Source of the DNA: Flavobacterium sp.
Lineage (GTDB): Bacteria; Bacteroidota; Bacteroidia; Flavobacteriales; Flavobacteriaceae
Assembly: GCA_021740105.1 (NCBI GenBank)
Contig: JAIPAM010000001.1
Location: 196,239-260,238 of the forward strand
Reading direction: 5' to 3'
DNA: 64,000 nt
Shown here in pieces: positions 47,738-56,634 of this stretch. Both the position numbers and the translations under genes were made by a program. Each line of letters begins with the position of its first letter. Position 1 is the first letter of the stretch. A model generated the notes under the pieces. That model made no database searches. It was not told where the DNA came from and saw only the letters and a list, made by a program, of their open reading frames with translations.

Positions 47738-48421
47738 ATGATAAATAACCTAGTTAATTTATTTTTTCCAGATGTTTGTTTGGGTTGTAAAGGGTTTTTA
47801 TTATCTGAAGAAAGGGTAATTTGTTCCACTTGCAGACACGAAATTCCTCTTACACAACATTTTCTAAATCAGGAAAATGAAGCGTTTATGAAATTTTATG
47901 GGAAAATTCCAGTGGAACACGTTTCCGCATTATTTTATTTTCATAAAAAGGGAATTGTTCAAGAAATTATCCACGGACTGAAATACCATGGCCATCAAGA
48001 AGTAGGAACCATTTTTGGAGAATGGATTTCGGAAGAGCTGATTTTATTACTCATTTCAACCCATTTTGATGCGGTAATTCCAGTACCTCTTCACAAGAAA
48101 AGACTTAGAGAAAGAGGTTACAACCAAGTGACCAACTTTGGAGTTGCAATAGCAAAGAAATTAGAAATCCCCTTTAACGAATCTCTTTTGAAAAGAAATG
48201 TATATTCAAAAACGCAGGTAAAAAAAGATTTATTGGGAAGAATTTCAGTTATTGATTCCCTTTTTGACGTTACTTTTAATGAAAATGCCCACAACAAACA
48301 CTTCTTACTAATTGATGATGTTTTAACTACGGGTGCCACTTTAGAAGCTTGCGGAAGAGCTTTATTAAAAATCCCGGGCGCAAAAATTAGTATTGTTTGT
48401 ATGGCAATGTCACATTCTTAA
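47738..48421 (+). CDS. comF: ComF family phosphoribosyltransferase
   Basis: N-terminal CxxC...CxxC, PVPLH, RGYNQ, LIDDVLTTGAT. Confidence 0.88.
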   Translation: MINNLVNLFFPDVCLGCKGFLLSEERVICSTCRHEIPLTQHFLNQENEAFMKFYGKIPVEHVSALFYFHKKGIVQEIIHGLKYHGHQEVGTIFGEWISEELILLLISTHFDAVIPVPLHKKRLRERGYNQVTNFGVAIAKKLEIPFNESLLKRNVYSKTQVKKDLLGRISVIDSLFDVTFNENAHNKHFLLIDDVLTTGATLEACGRALLKIPGAKISIVCMAMSHS

Positions 48422-48511
48422 AAGTCAATAGTAATTATGCCTTTGAAAACCTTGCAGTTGTTATTGATTATTTGTTAATTTGTTTTGAATTTAATCTAAA
48501 AAAAACCAAAA

Positions 48512-49465
48512 ATGCTTAGGATTTATTTGTTGCTATTCTTTTTGGTTTCCCAACTTCAAGCACAAACAACTATGATTATTCCACCAAATTTACAAAAAGG
48601 AGATACTATTGCCATTGTGGCCACTGCCCGAAAAAACATTGTTGATAACTTAAAGCCAGCTATTGAACTGGCTAAAAGCTGGGGATTGAATGTAGTAATT
48701 GGAAAAACTATTGGATTGGATAATCATCAATTGGCAGGAACCGATGAACAAAGAGCTGCCGATTTTCAAGAAATGATTGACAACCCAAATATAAAAGCGG
48801 TTTGGTGCGTTCGTGGCGGTTATGGAACCGCAAGAATGGTTGAATTAGTTGATTTTTCAAAATTTAAACAAGCCCCGAAATGGATTATAGGATTTAGTGA
48901 TGTTACTGTTATTCACAGTCATTTGAATACTATGGGAGTGGCAACAATTCACGGAATTATGCCAGTAAATGTGGAAAAAGCATCGGCAAAAGTGGAAGAA
49001 ACGTTACGAAAAGCACTCTTTGGCGAAAGCTTAACATATACTTTTCCTTGTCAAAGTGAAAACAGATTAGGTGTTTCTGAAGGCGAATTAGTGGGCGGGA
49101 ATTTGTCAATTTTATATAGTATGATGGGGTCTGAATCGCAAGTTGATTGTAAAGGTAAAATCCTGTTTATTGAAGATTTAGACGAATATTTATACCATAT
49201 CGATCGAATGATGCTGAGTTTAAAACGCTGTGGTTGCTTTGATGATTTAAAAGGATTAGTTGTTGGAAGTTTTATAAAAATGCACGATAATGAAATCCCA
49301 TGGGGGAAAAATGCCCATGAAATTATATTGGATATTACTAAAAAATACCATTTTCCTATCGTTTTTGATTTCCCGGCAGGACATATTCACGATAACAACA
49401 CCCTTATTTTTGGAAAAAAAGTGAGTTTAGAAATTAACGATAAAGAAACCATTTTGAAATATTAA
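48512..49465 (+). CDS. ldcA: S66 family LD-carboxypeptidase
   Basis: RGGYG, GFSDVT (Ser), GGNLS, FIED (Glu), AGH (His). Confidence 0.9.
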   Translation: MLRIYLLLFFLVSQLQAQTTMIIPPNLQKGDTIAIVATARKNIVDNLKPAIELAKSWGLNVVIGKTIGLDNHQLAGTDEQRAADFQEMIDNPNIKAVWCVRGGYGTARMVELVDFSKFKQAPKWIIGFSDVTVIHSHLNTMGVATIHGIMPVNVEKASAKVEETLRKALFGESLTYTFPCQSENRLGVSEGELVGGNLSILYSMMGSESQVDCKGKILFIEDLDEYLYHIDRMMLSLKRCGCFDDLKGLVVGSFIKMHDNEIPWGKNAHEIILDITKKYHFPIVFDFPAGHIHDNNTLIFGKKVSLEINDKETILKY

Positions 49466-49482
49466 AACTAAACTAAAATTGA

Positions 49483-49842
49483 ATGGCCGATCATAACGAT
49501 TTAGGAAAACTAGGAGAAGAATTGGCCGTTGAATTTTTAGAAAAAAATGGTTATTCTATTTTAGAAACGAATTGGACTTTTCAAAAAGCGGAAGTAGATA
49601 TTATTGCAAAAAAAGAAAATATCCTAGCCGTTGTAGAAGTAAAAACCCGCTCCAGTATCGATTTTGGACTTCCTCAGGACTTTGTTAAACCAAAAAAAAT
49701 CCAACTCTTAGTTAAAGCTATCAACGAATATGTGATTTCAAATGATCTTGAAGTGGAAGTTCGCTTTGATATTATTGCACTTCATAGAGAAGGAAAAGGG
49801 TTTAAAATAGAACATTTAGAAGACGCCTTTTTTTATTTTTAA
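49483..49842 (+). CDS. yraN: YraN family nuclease-like protein
   Basis: GKLGEELA, EVDIIA, VEVKTR, RFDII. Confidence 0.92.
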   Translation: MADHNDLGKLGEELAVEFLEKNGYSILETNWTFQKAEVDIIAKKENILAVVEVKTRSSIDFGLPQDFVKPKKIQLLVKAINEYVISNDLEVEVRFDIIALHREGKGFKIEHLEDAFFYF

Positions 49843-49886
49843 TGTTATATTTATAACAATTTGTTTTTTATTGATACATTTGTATC
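49843..49886. promoter_or_regulatory. Two related palindromes plus the -7 box (TACATTTG, 49875-49882) upstream of the HTH-ACT gene
   Basis: TGTTATA-TT-TATAACA (49843-49858) and GATACA-TT-TGTATC (49873-49886). Confidence 0.45.
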
Positions 49887-49907
49887 GCATTTAAACATCA
49901 TTATAAA

Positions 49908-50567
49908 ATGAAAACCGTCTCTTCAATTGTAGAAAATTACATCAAAACAAAGCCTTTTTTATTAAGTGCCTTATCCCAAAACATTATCAATTTAACTTCA
50001 TTATCAAGAAATATGATGATTGAATTGGAGTCGGAATTTGGGAAAGACGTAAAACAAGGTGCAATTGTAATGGCGTTAAAACGCCTTTCTGTAGATTTGG
50101 ATTTTAGATTGAATCACAAGATTTCGAAAGTGATGAAAAACTTGGGTGAAATCACCGTTCGGTCTTCTTTAATTGATTATACGTTTGCGGTTTCCAGTAC
50201 TATTTTGACCAAGCAAGCCGATTTAATTTCGGAGATCAATAGCAATCCTGATATTTTTTACACCTCATCCAAAGGCGTTAGCGAAACCAATATTATTGTG
50301 AGTCAAAGCGTCGGTCACTTGGTAGAAAAGCATTTTGCATCTGAAAAACAAATTCAAAAACTAGAAAATCTAGCTTCTATAACAACAAAATTACCCAAAG
50401 AAAACACAGTAATTCCTGGGATTTACTACTTTATTTTTCAGCGTTTGGCTTGGGAAGGAATTATTATAAACGAGGTAATTTCAACCTCTAATGAATTTAC
50501 TATTTTGGTAAGTGAAGACGAAGTAGATATTGCTTTTAGGGTAATTAAGGATCTAAAATCGTTATAA
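49908..50567 (+). CDS. Helical/HTH-like N-terminus plus ACT-like C-terminus protein, no kinase domain
   Basis: IINLTSLSR...AIVMALKRL N-terminus; PGIYYFIFQRLAWEGIIINEVISTSNEFTILV ACT-like end. Confidence 0.7.
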   Translation: MKTVSSIVENYIKTKPFLLSALSQNIINLTSLSRNMMIELESEFGKDVKQGAIVMALKRLSVDLDFRLNHKISKVMKNLGEITVRSSLIDYTFAVSSTILTKQADLISEINSNPDIFYTSSKGVSETNIIVSQSVGHLVEKHFASEKQIQKLENLASITTKLPKENTVIPGIYYFIFQRLAWEGIIINEVISTSNEFTILVSEDEVDIAFRVIKDLKSL

Positions 50568-50569
50568 AT

Positions 50570-53500
50570 CTAAACCATCTGAATCAATTCCAACGCTTTA
50601 TTAATTGATTTTACGTTTTCAAAAGTCAGTAATAATCGCAATCCATTTGGAGTTTGTTTTTCCTTCATGGTGCACAATTTAGATTGCATTTGTACAAATT
50701 GCAATACTTGGCTGAATCGCCCGGATTGGTAGTAACTTGATTGCTGATCGGACACAAAATAGCATATCATTTTGCCCTGTTTCATTACCAATTTTTCAAT
50801 TCCTAATTGGGTGGCAACCCATTTAATTTTGATACTATTTAGCAACGAAATGGCTTGTTTTGGCAAAGGTCCAAAGCGATCTATCAGTTTACTTTCGAAT
50901 TCTATTAATCCATTTTCGTCTTTAATAACGCTCAATTCATTGTACAATTTAAGTCGCTCTGTTATGTTATTGATATATTCATCAGGAAACAACAATTCGA
51001 AATCGGTATCTAATTGCAGGTCTTTTACATAGGTTTTTTCAACGTCTTTAGTTTCGTCAGAATACAGCTCTTTGAACTCATTTTCCTTTAATTCATCAAT
51101 GGCTTCATTCATAATTTTTTGATAGGTTTCAAAACCAATTTCATTAATGAAACCGCTTTGTTCACCTCCCAATAAATCTCCTGCACCACGAATTTCTAGG
51201 TCTTTCATAGCAATATTTAGTCCGCCTCCCAATTCGCTATACTGCTCTAACGCTTGGATTCTTTTTCTAGCATCGTCGGTCATTGCGGAATACGGAGGAC
51301 AGATGAAATAGCAAAACGCTTTTTTATTGCTTCGACCCACTCGCCCGCGCATTTGATGCAAATCGGAAATACCAAAATTATTAGCATTATTGATAAAAAT
51401 GGTATTGGCATTGGGCACATCCAAACCACTTTCAATTATGGTTGTTGCGACTAAAACATCGAATTCGCCGTTCATAAAAGCCAACATTAATTCTTCTAAT
51501 TTCTTACCATCCATTTGGCCGTGACCAATTCCAACTCTTGCGTTAGGCACCAGTCGCTGGATCATTCCGGCCACTTCTTTGATGTTTTCAATTCGATTAT
51601 TGACAAAGAAAACTTGTCCATTTCTTTGAATTTCATAAGATATCGCGTCTCGAATTGACTCTTCACTAAATCCAATTACGTTGGTTTCAATAGGATAACG
51701 ATTGGGTGGCGGGGTCGTAATTACAGATAAATCTCTGGCGGCCATCAATGAAAACTGTAACGTTCTCGGTATTGGCGTTGCGGTTAATGTCAGGGTGTCA
51801 ATATTGGCAGCGATGGTTTTTAGCTTGTCTTTTACGTTCACCCCAAATTTTTGTTCTTCGTCCACAATCAGTAATCCTAAATCTTTAAAAACTACATTTT
51901 TGTTTACTAATTGATGAGTTCCAATTAAAATGTCGAGTTTCCCTTCTTCCAATTGTTTCAGCGTTTCTACTTTTTGTTTCGCCGTTCTAAAACGGTTTAA
52001 ATAACCTACAGAAACAGGCATGTCTTTCAGTCTTTCGGAAAATGTTCTAAAATGTTGGTACGCTAAAATGGTTGTTGGCACTAAAACCGCGACTTGTTTT
52101 CCATTATCTACAGCTTTAAATGCAGCTCGAATGGCAACTTCTGTTTTTCCAAAACCTACGTCACCACAAACCAATCGATCCATTGGGCGGTCACTTTCCA
52201 TATCAGCTTTGACTTCCTGAGTGGCTTTATTTTGGTCGGGTGTATCTTCATAAATAAACGAACTTTCAAGCTCTAATTGCAAATAACTATCGAGGCTAAA
52301 TTGGAATCCTTTTTCTAATCTTCGCTTGGCATACAATTGAATTAAATTGAACGCAATGTGTTTCACTCGGGCTTTTGTCTTTTGTTTTAAAACCTTCCAA
52401 GCGTTCGATCCTAGTTTATAAATTTTAGGCGGCGTTCCGTCTTTTCCGTTGAACTTAGAAATTTTATATAGCGAATGAATGCTCACATAAACGATGTCAT
52501 TATCGGCATAAACCAACTTAATTGCCTCTTGGGTTTTGCCTTCCACTTGAATTTTTTGTAAGCCCCCAAACTTCCCAATTCCGTGATCAATATGTGTTAC
52601 ATAATCGCCAACGGATAAATTAGTCAGTTCTTGGAGTGTAATGGTTTGCTTTTTTGCGTAGCCATTTTTGATACTGAATTTATGGTATCGCTCAAAAATT
52701 TGATGATCGGTATAACACGCAATTTGAAGTTCCTCGTCAATAAATCCTTGAAATAAAGGCAATTTTATGGTGTCATATTGTTTTCTAATACTTTCGTGAT
52801 TGGCTTCATCCAAGGTTTGAAAAATATCGTGAAAGCGCTTTGCCTGCGCTTCATTGGAACAAAATAAATAATTTTTTATTCCATTAAAATGATTGTCATT
52901 TAAGTTATTTAGCAATAAATCAAATTGCTTATTAAATGACGGCTGGGGAAGAATATGGAATTCAACCGTTTTGTTTGAATTAAAAATGGCTTTGGAACCC
53001 AATTCAACCACATTAAAATCGAGTGCTTTCTTTAAAAATGATTTTTGATTTAAAAACAATTGCTCGGGAGCTAGGTGTTTTATTTCGCCCGTTAACTTGC
53101 TGTAGGCCTCTTCTGCTTTCGCAAATAAGTTGTCCAATTTTGAAATAAGCGCATCCGTGTTTTGAATAAAAAGTGTCGTATTTGAGGAAATATAATCCAA
53201 AAAACTCTCGCGGTCTTCTTGAAAAAACTTATTTTCTACATTTGGAATGATCGTAATTTTATTCTTTTTTTCAATTGACAGTTGCGTTTCCACATCAAAA
53301 CTCCGAATAGAATCTACCTCATTTCCAAAAAATTCAATTCGATACGGATTGTCATTTGAAAAAGAAAAAACATCAATTATTCCACCTCGAACAGAAAATT
53401 CACCTGGCTCTGTAATGAAATCCACTCTTTTAAATTCATATTCAAAAAGCACTTCATTAATAAAATCGATTGAAATTTTATCACCCACGGCCACTTTCAA

Positions 53501-53926
53501 CGTGTTCTTTTCCAACTCTTTTTTAGTTACTACTTTTTCAAATAACGATTCGGGATAAGTAACAATAATTGCTGGTTTTTTTCGAGAGTTGATGCGGTTC
53601 AAAACCTCAGCACGAAGCAAAACATTGGCATTATCCACCTCTTCAATTTTGTAGGGAATGCGAAAAGAACCTGGATAAAAAAGCACTTCTTTATCTCCTA
53701 TTAATTGTTCCAAATCGTTTAGATAATAGGCGGCGGCTTCCTTATCTTCGAAAATCATTAAAAAAGGAAGTTCGCTTTTATGAAAAAGGGAGTTTACAAC
53801 AAACGATAACGAAGACCCAATTAACCCCTTAAGGTGAATTTTATTTTCTGATTGTTGTAAAAATTCTCCAATTTGACTGACCTTAGTGGCTTTGTCATAT
53901 TTACCTACTACTACTGATTTGCTCAA
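50570..53926 (-). CDS. mfd: Transcription-repair coupling factor
   Basis: UvrB-like N-terminus, CarD/RID VTHIDHGIG, GDVGFGKT, DEEQ, QMRGRVGR, TRCF C-terminus. Confidence 0.97.
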   Translation of the reverse strand: MSKSVVVGKYDKATKVSQIGEFLQQSENKIHLKGLIGSSLSFVVNSLFHKSELPFLMIFEDKEAAAYYLNDLEQLIGDKEVLFYPGSFRIPYKIEEVDNANVLLRAEVLNRINSRKKPAIIVTYPESLFEKVVTKKELEKNTLKVAVGDKISIDFINEVLFEYEFKRVDFITEPGEFSVRGGIIDVFSFSNDNPYRIEFFGNEVDSIRSFDVETQLSIEKKNKITIIPNVENKFFQEDRESFLDYISSNTTLFIQNTDALISKLDNLFAKAEEAYSKLTGEIKHLAPEQLFLNQKSFLKKALDFNVVELGSKAIFNSNKTVEFHILPQPSFNKQFDLLLNNLNDNHFNGIKNYLFCSNEAQAKRFHDIFQTLDEANHESIRKQYDTIKLPLFQGFIDEELQIACYTDHQIFERYHKFSIKNGYAKKQTITLQELTNLSVGDYVTHIDHGIGKFGGLQKIQVEGKTQEAIKLVYADNDIVYVSIHSLYKISKFNGKDGTPPKIYKLGSNAWKVLKQKTKARVKHIAFNLIQLYAKRRLEKGFQFSLDSYLQLELESSFIYEDTPDQNKATQEVKADMESDRPMDRLVCGDVGFGKTEVAIRAAFKAVDNGKQVAVLVPTTILAYQHFRTFSERLKDMPVSVGYLNRFRTAKQKVETLKQLEEGKLDILIGTHQLVNKNVVFKDLGLLIVDEEQKFGVNVKDKLKTIAANIDTLTLTATPIPRTLQFSLMAARDLSVITTPPPNRYPIETNVIGFSEESIRDAISYEIQRNGQVFFVNNRIENIKEVAGMIQRLVPNARVGIGHGQMDGKKLEELMLAFMNGEFDVLVATTIIESGLDVPNANTIFINNANNFGISDLHQMRGRVGRSNKKAFCYFICPPYSAMTDDARKRIQALEQYSELGGGLNIAMKDLEIRGAGDLLGGEQSGFINEIGFETYQKIMNEAIDELKENEFKELYSDETKDVEKTYVKDLQLDTDFELLFPDEYINNITERLKLYNELSVIKDENGLIEFESKLIDRFGPLPKQAISLLNSIKIKWVATQLGIEKLVMKQGKMICYFVSDQQSSYYQSGRFSQVLQFVQMQSKLCTMKEKQTPNGLRLLLTFENVKSINKALELIQMV

Positions 53927-53939
53927 CTAAAATATGATT

Positions 53940-54512
53940 TTATCGGGTTGGAATGGCTCTTGAAGTATCTAACATTTGGATCAAATCGGATTCTCCTTCT
54001 TCTTTAGGAATGGTGCTTTTTCTCACAATTTCATCCAATTGATTTTGAAGTGATAGCAATTGAACGTTTATTTCTATAACTAAAGCAATTACTTTATTAT
54101 CAGGAATTTCATCTAAATTGATGAAAAGATTCAGCGAATTTATTTTAGAAATCAAAACTGCAATTCGGCTTTTTACTTCCGGTTTATCGTAGGCTATTGG
54201 AATATTGTTGTTTAATTCTGCAACTTTCTTTGAAAGCACTTTGGCTTTTTTCTGAAATGCTCCAATGGTGCTCTTCGGTTTGCTATTCAATTCCAATAAA
54301 AAAACACGCCATTCTGGCCACATGTCAAATAATCCTTGTGACGCAGGGTTTATCGGATTGGCATTAAAAGTCCATCCTTTATTGATGTTATTAAAAATCG
54401 TCTCTTTCTTTTTAGCGTCTTTAGCGTTCTCTATTAGGCGCTGTTCCTTGTTATTTTGACAAGAAAAAAATAGTAGAAGCACTATTAAAAGAGCCGTATT
54501 TTGCAGTTTCAT
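53940..54512 (-). CDS. Hypothetical lipoprotein
   Basis: Lipobox LLFFSC after ATG 54512; helical; upstream of mfd. Confidence 0.72.
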   Translation of the reverse strand: MKLQNTALLIVLLLFFSCQNNKEQRLIENAKDAKKKETIFNNINKGWTFNANPINPASQGLFDMWPEWRVFLLELNSKPKSTIGAFQKKAKVLSKKVAELNNNIPIAYDKPEVKSRIAVLISKINSLNLFINLDEIPDNKVIALVIEINVQLLSLQNQLDEIVRKSTIPKEEGESDLIQMLDTSRAIPTR

Positions 54513-54632
54513 CTTTATAATTATTTGACACAAAGTTACAAAGGTAATTCAAGAAATACGAATTTTGAATAATTCTCATGTAAAATGATTTTAAAATTCG
54601 AAATTGTTATATTTGTGGTCTAAATAGATCAA

Positions 54633-55574
54633 ATGACTACAAAAATTCTAATTATCGGAGCTTGCGGACAAATCGGTACCGAGCTAACTCAAAAATTACG
54701 GGAGATTTATGGTGTAGAAAACGTAATTGCTTCGGATATTAGAAAATTAAATATTGATGTGGTGAATTCCGGACCATTTGAAGTTCTCAATGCATTGGAT
54801 TTTAATCAAATTCAACATCTTGTTGAAGTGCACCAAATTGATGAAGTTTATTTGATGGCCGCCTTATTATCGGCAACAGCTGAAAAAAACCCGGCATTTG
54901 CGTGGGACTTAAATATGAATTCCCTTTTTCACGTTTTGAATTTGGCGAAAGCTGGAAAAATTAAAAAAGTATTCTGGCCTTCAAGTATTGCCGTTTTTGG
55001 ACCTACCACCCCAAGAGAAAATACACCTCAATATACCATTATGGAACCAAGTACGGTTTACGGAATTAGCAAACAAACGGGAGAAAGATGGTGCGAATAT
55101 TACCACAATGTCTATGGTGTTGACGTGAGAAGTATTCGATATCCTGGCTTAATTAGTTGGTCGTCGCCTCCTGGGGGTGGAACTACCGATTATGCAATTG
55201 ATATATTTCACAAAGCTATTGCAAAGAAAAAATACGACTGCTTTTTATCTTCAGAAACCAAAATGCCAATGATGTACATGGACGATGCGATTGCAGCAAC
55301 TATCCAAATTATGCAAAGTCCAAAAGAGCAAGTTAAAATCCGTTCTTCTTATAATTTAGCGGCAATGAGTTTTACACCAACAGAAATTGCTAAAGAAATT
55401 AAGAAACACATCCCAGAATTTGAGATTACTTATCACCCTGATTTCCGTCAGAAAATTGCTGATAGTTGGCCAGCAAGTATTGATGATAGCGCTGCTAGGG
55501 AAGATTGGAATTGGAAACATCAATTTGATATTTCGAGCATGACAAAAGACATGCTGGACCATTTGAAAAAATAA
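54633..55574 (+). CDS. tdh: L-threonine 3-dehydrogenase (SDR/UDP-Gal epimerase type)
   Basis: GACGQIG, LSATAE, WPSSIAVFG, YGISK, GGGTTDY; closely resembles the Flavobacterium SDR-type ThrDH as recalled; -7 box TATATTTG at 54608-54615. Confidence 0.88.
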   Translation: MTTKILIIGACGQIGTELTQKLREIYGVENVIASDIRKLNIDVVNSGPFEVLNALDFNQIQHLVEVHQIDEVYLMAALLSATAEKNPAFAWDLNMNSLFHVLNLAKAGKIKKVFWPSSIAVFGPTTPRENTPQYTIMEPSTVYGISKQTGERWCEYYHNVYGVDVRSIRYPGLISWSSPPGGGTTDYAIDIFHKAIAKKKYDCFLSSETKMPMMYMDDAIAATIQIMQSPKEQVKIRSSYNLAAMSFTPTEIAKEIKKHIPEFEITYHPDFRQKIADSWPASIDDSAAREDWNWKHQFDISSMTKDMLDHLKK

Positions 55575-55580
55575 GGGAAT

Positions 55581-55790
55581 TTATTTTTCGCTTACATATT
55601 CCATAATATCTCCAGGCTGACAATCTAAAACTTTACAGATCATTTCTAAAGTTGAAAAACGAATTGCTCTCGCTTTACCTGTTTTTAAAATTGACAAATT
55701 TGCCGTTGTGATCCCAATTGAATCCGCTAATTCATTGGAACGCATTTTTCGTTTGGCGAGCATCACATCTACATTTATAATAATTGCCAT
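55581..55790 (-). CDS. Cro/CI-type HTH regulator (YozG-like)
   Basis: ELADSIGITTANLSILKTGKARAIRFSTL..IC..L.CQPGD. Confidence 0.9.
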   Translation of the reverse strand: MAIIINVDVMLAKRKMRSNELADSIGITTANLSILKTGKARAIRFSTLEMICKVLDCQPGDIMEYVSEK

Positions 55791-55792
55791 AG

Positions 55793-56299
55793 TTATATTG
55801 TTAGTTCGTTATCTTCTTTAATACGTTTACCAATGATAAAAACTTCGGATAATACTTTGAAAAATAACCCAAGCGCCATTATATATAAAAAGGGACCGAA
55901 ACCTAAATTAACTGAAATAGTACTTTTAGAAAATGCACCTAATAAATCTGAAATTAAATATATACTTGCCGAAAGCATAACCAAATTTCCAATTTTATCT
56001 AATAATTGGTAGGTATTCACCTCAAAAATTATTTTTTTTCTGAAATTATTCAAAAGTGATTTGAAATTATAAAGTGCAAAAAGTATAATTCCAAAATTTA
56101 CTATGCTCAATACCAATCCTATTTTTCCGTAAAGAGTTGTTGTGTAAATATTTATTCCGGAAATATTTATTGGAATATCAATTGGTTCATTGGAAAACAA
56201 AGCAAAGCTAATAAACACGATTAATAAAGGAAATGCGATTATAGACATAATCCAAAGGTAATCTACAATGGTTTTTAAAAATACTAATTTTCTCATCAT
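55793..56299 (-). CDS. DUF2975 family membrane protein
   Basis: 4 TM helices, IFE...L..IG, C-terminal G..IKEDNELTI; coupled to the HTH gene. Confidence 0.88.
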   Translation of the reverse strand: MMRKLVFLKTIVDYLWIMSIIAFPLLIVFISFALFSNEPIDIPINISGINIYTTTLYGKIGLVLSIVNFGIILFALYNFKSLLNNFRKKIIFEVNTYQLLDKIGNLVMLSASIYLISDLLGAFSKSTISVNLGFGPFLYIMALGLFFKVLSEVFIIGKRIKEDNELTI

Positions 56300-56319
56300 T
56301 TTTAATTTTAAAGTTGTTA

Positions 56320-56354
56320 CAAATATAAATTAATTATTGATAAACAATAATTAA
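56320..56354 (-). promoter_or_regulatory. -7 box (TATATTTG, 56320-56327) and 10-5-10 palindromic operator of the DUF2975-HTH operon
   Basis: TTAATTATTG-ATAAA-CAATAATTAA at 56330-56354. Confidence 0.6.
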
Positions 56355-56634
56355 ATACTAAAAAACAATATTTTTTTACAAATAAGAACAAAATAAAGTT
56401 GCTTACTTTTATATGTTTTAAATTAATACCAATAAAAATTGGTTTTTAACAAGTATAGAAGGTAATTCAATTTGGCAAAATTACTTTTGCTTAAATCCTT
56501 TAACTTTGACATTTATAAATTAAATTTGTGGCAATTTATTATTTTAACAATTTAATCTTGAAATTTAATATAAAGACACTCTCAATATAAAAATGCATTA
56601 CAGTAAATTAAATTGAAGTAAAAAAACAATATAA

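Noticed and set aside
47738-48421. comF as evidence of natural competence
   Set aside because: A lone, widespread PRTase-family gene; no other uptake genes are nearby.
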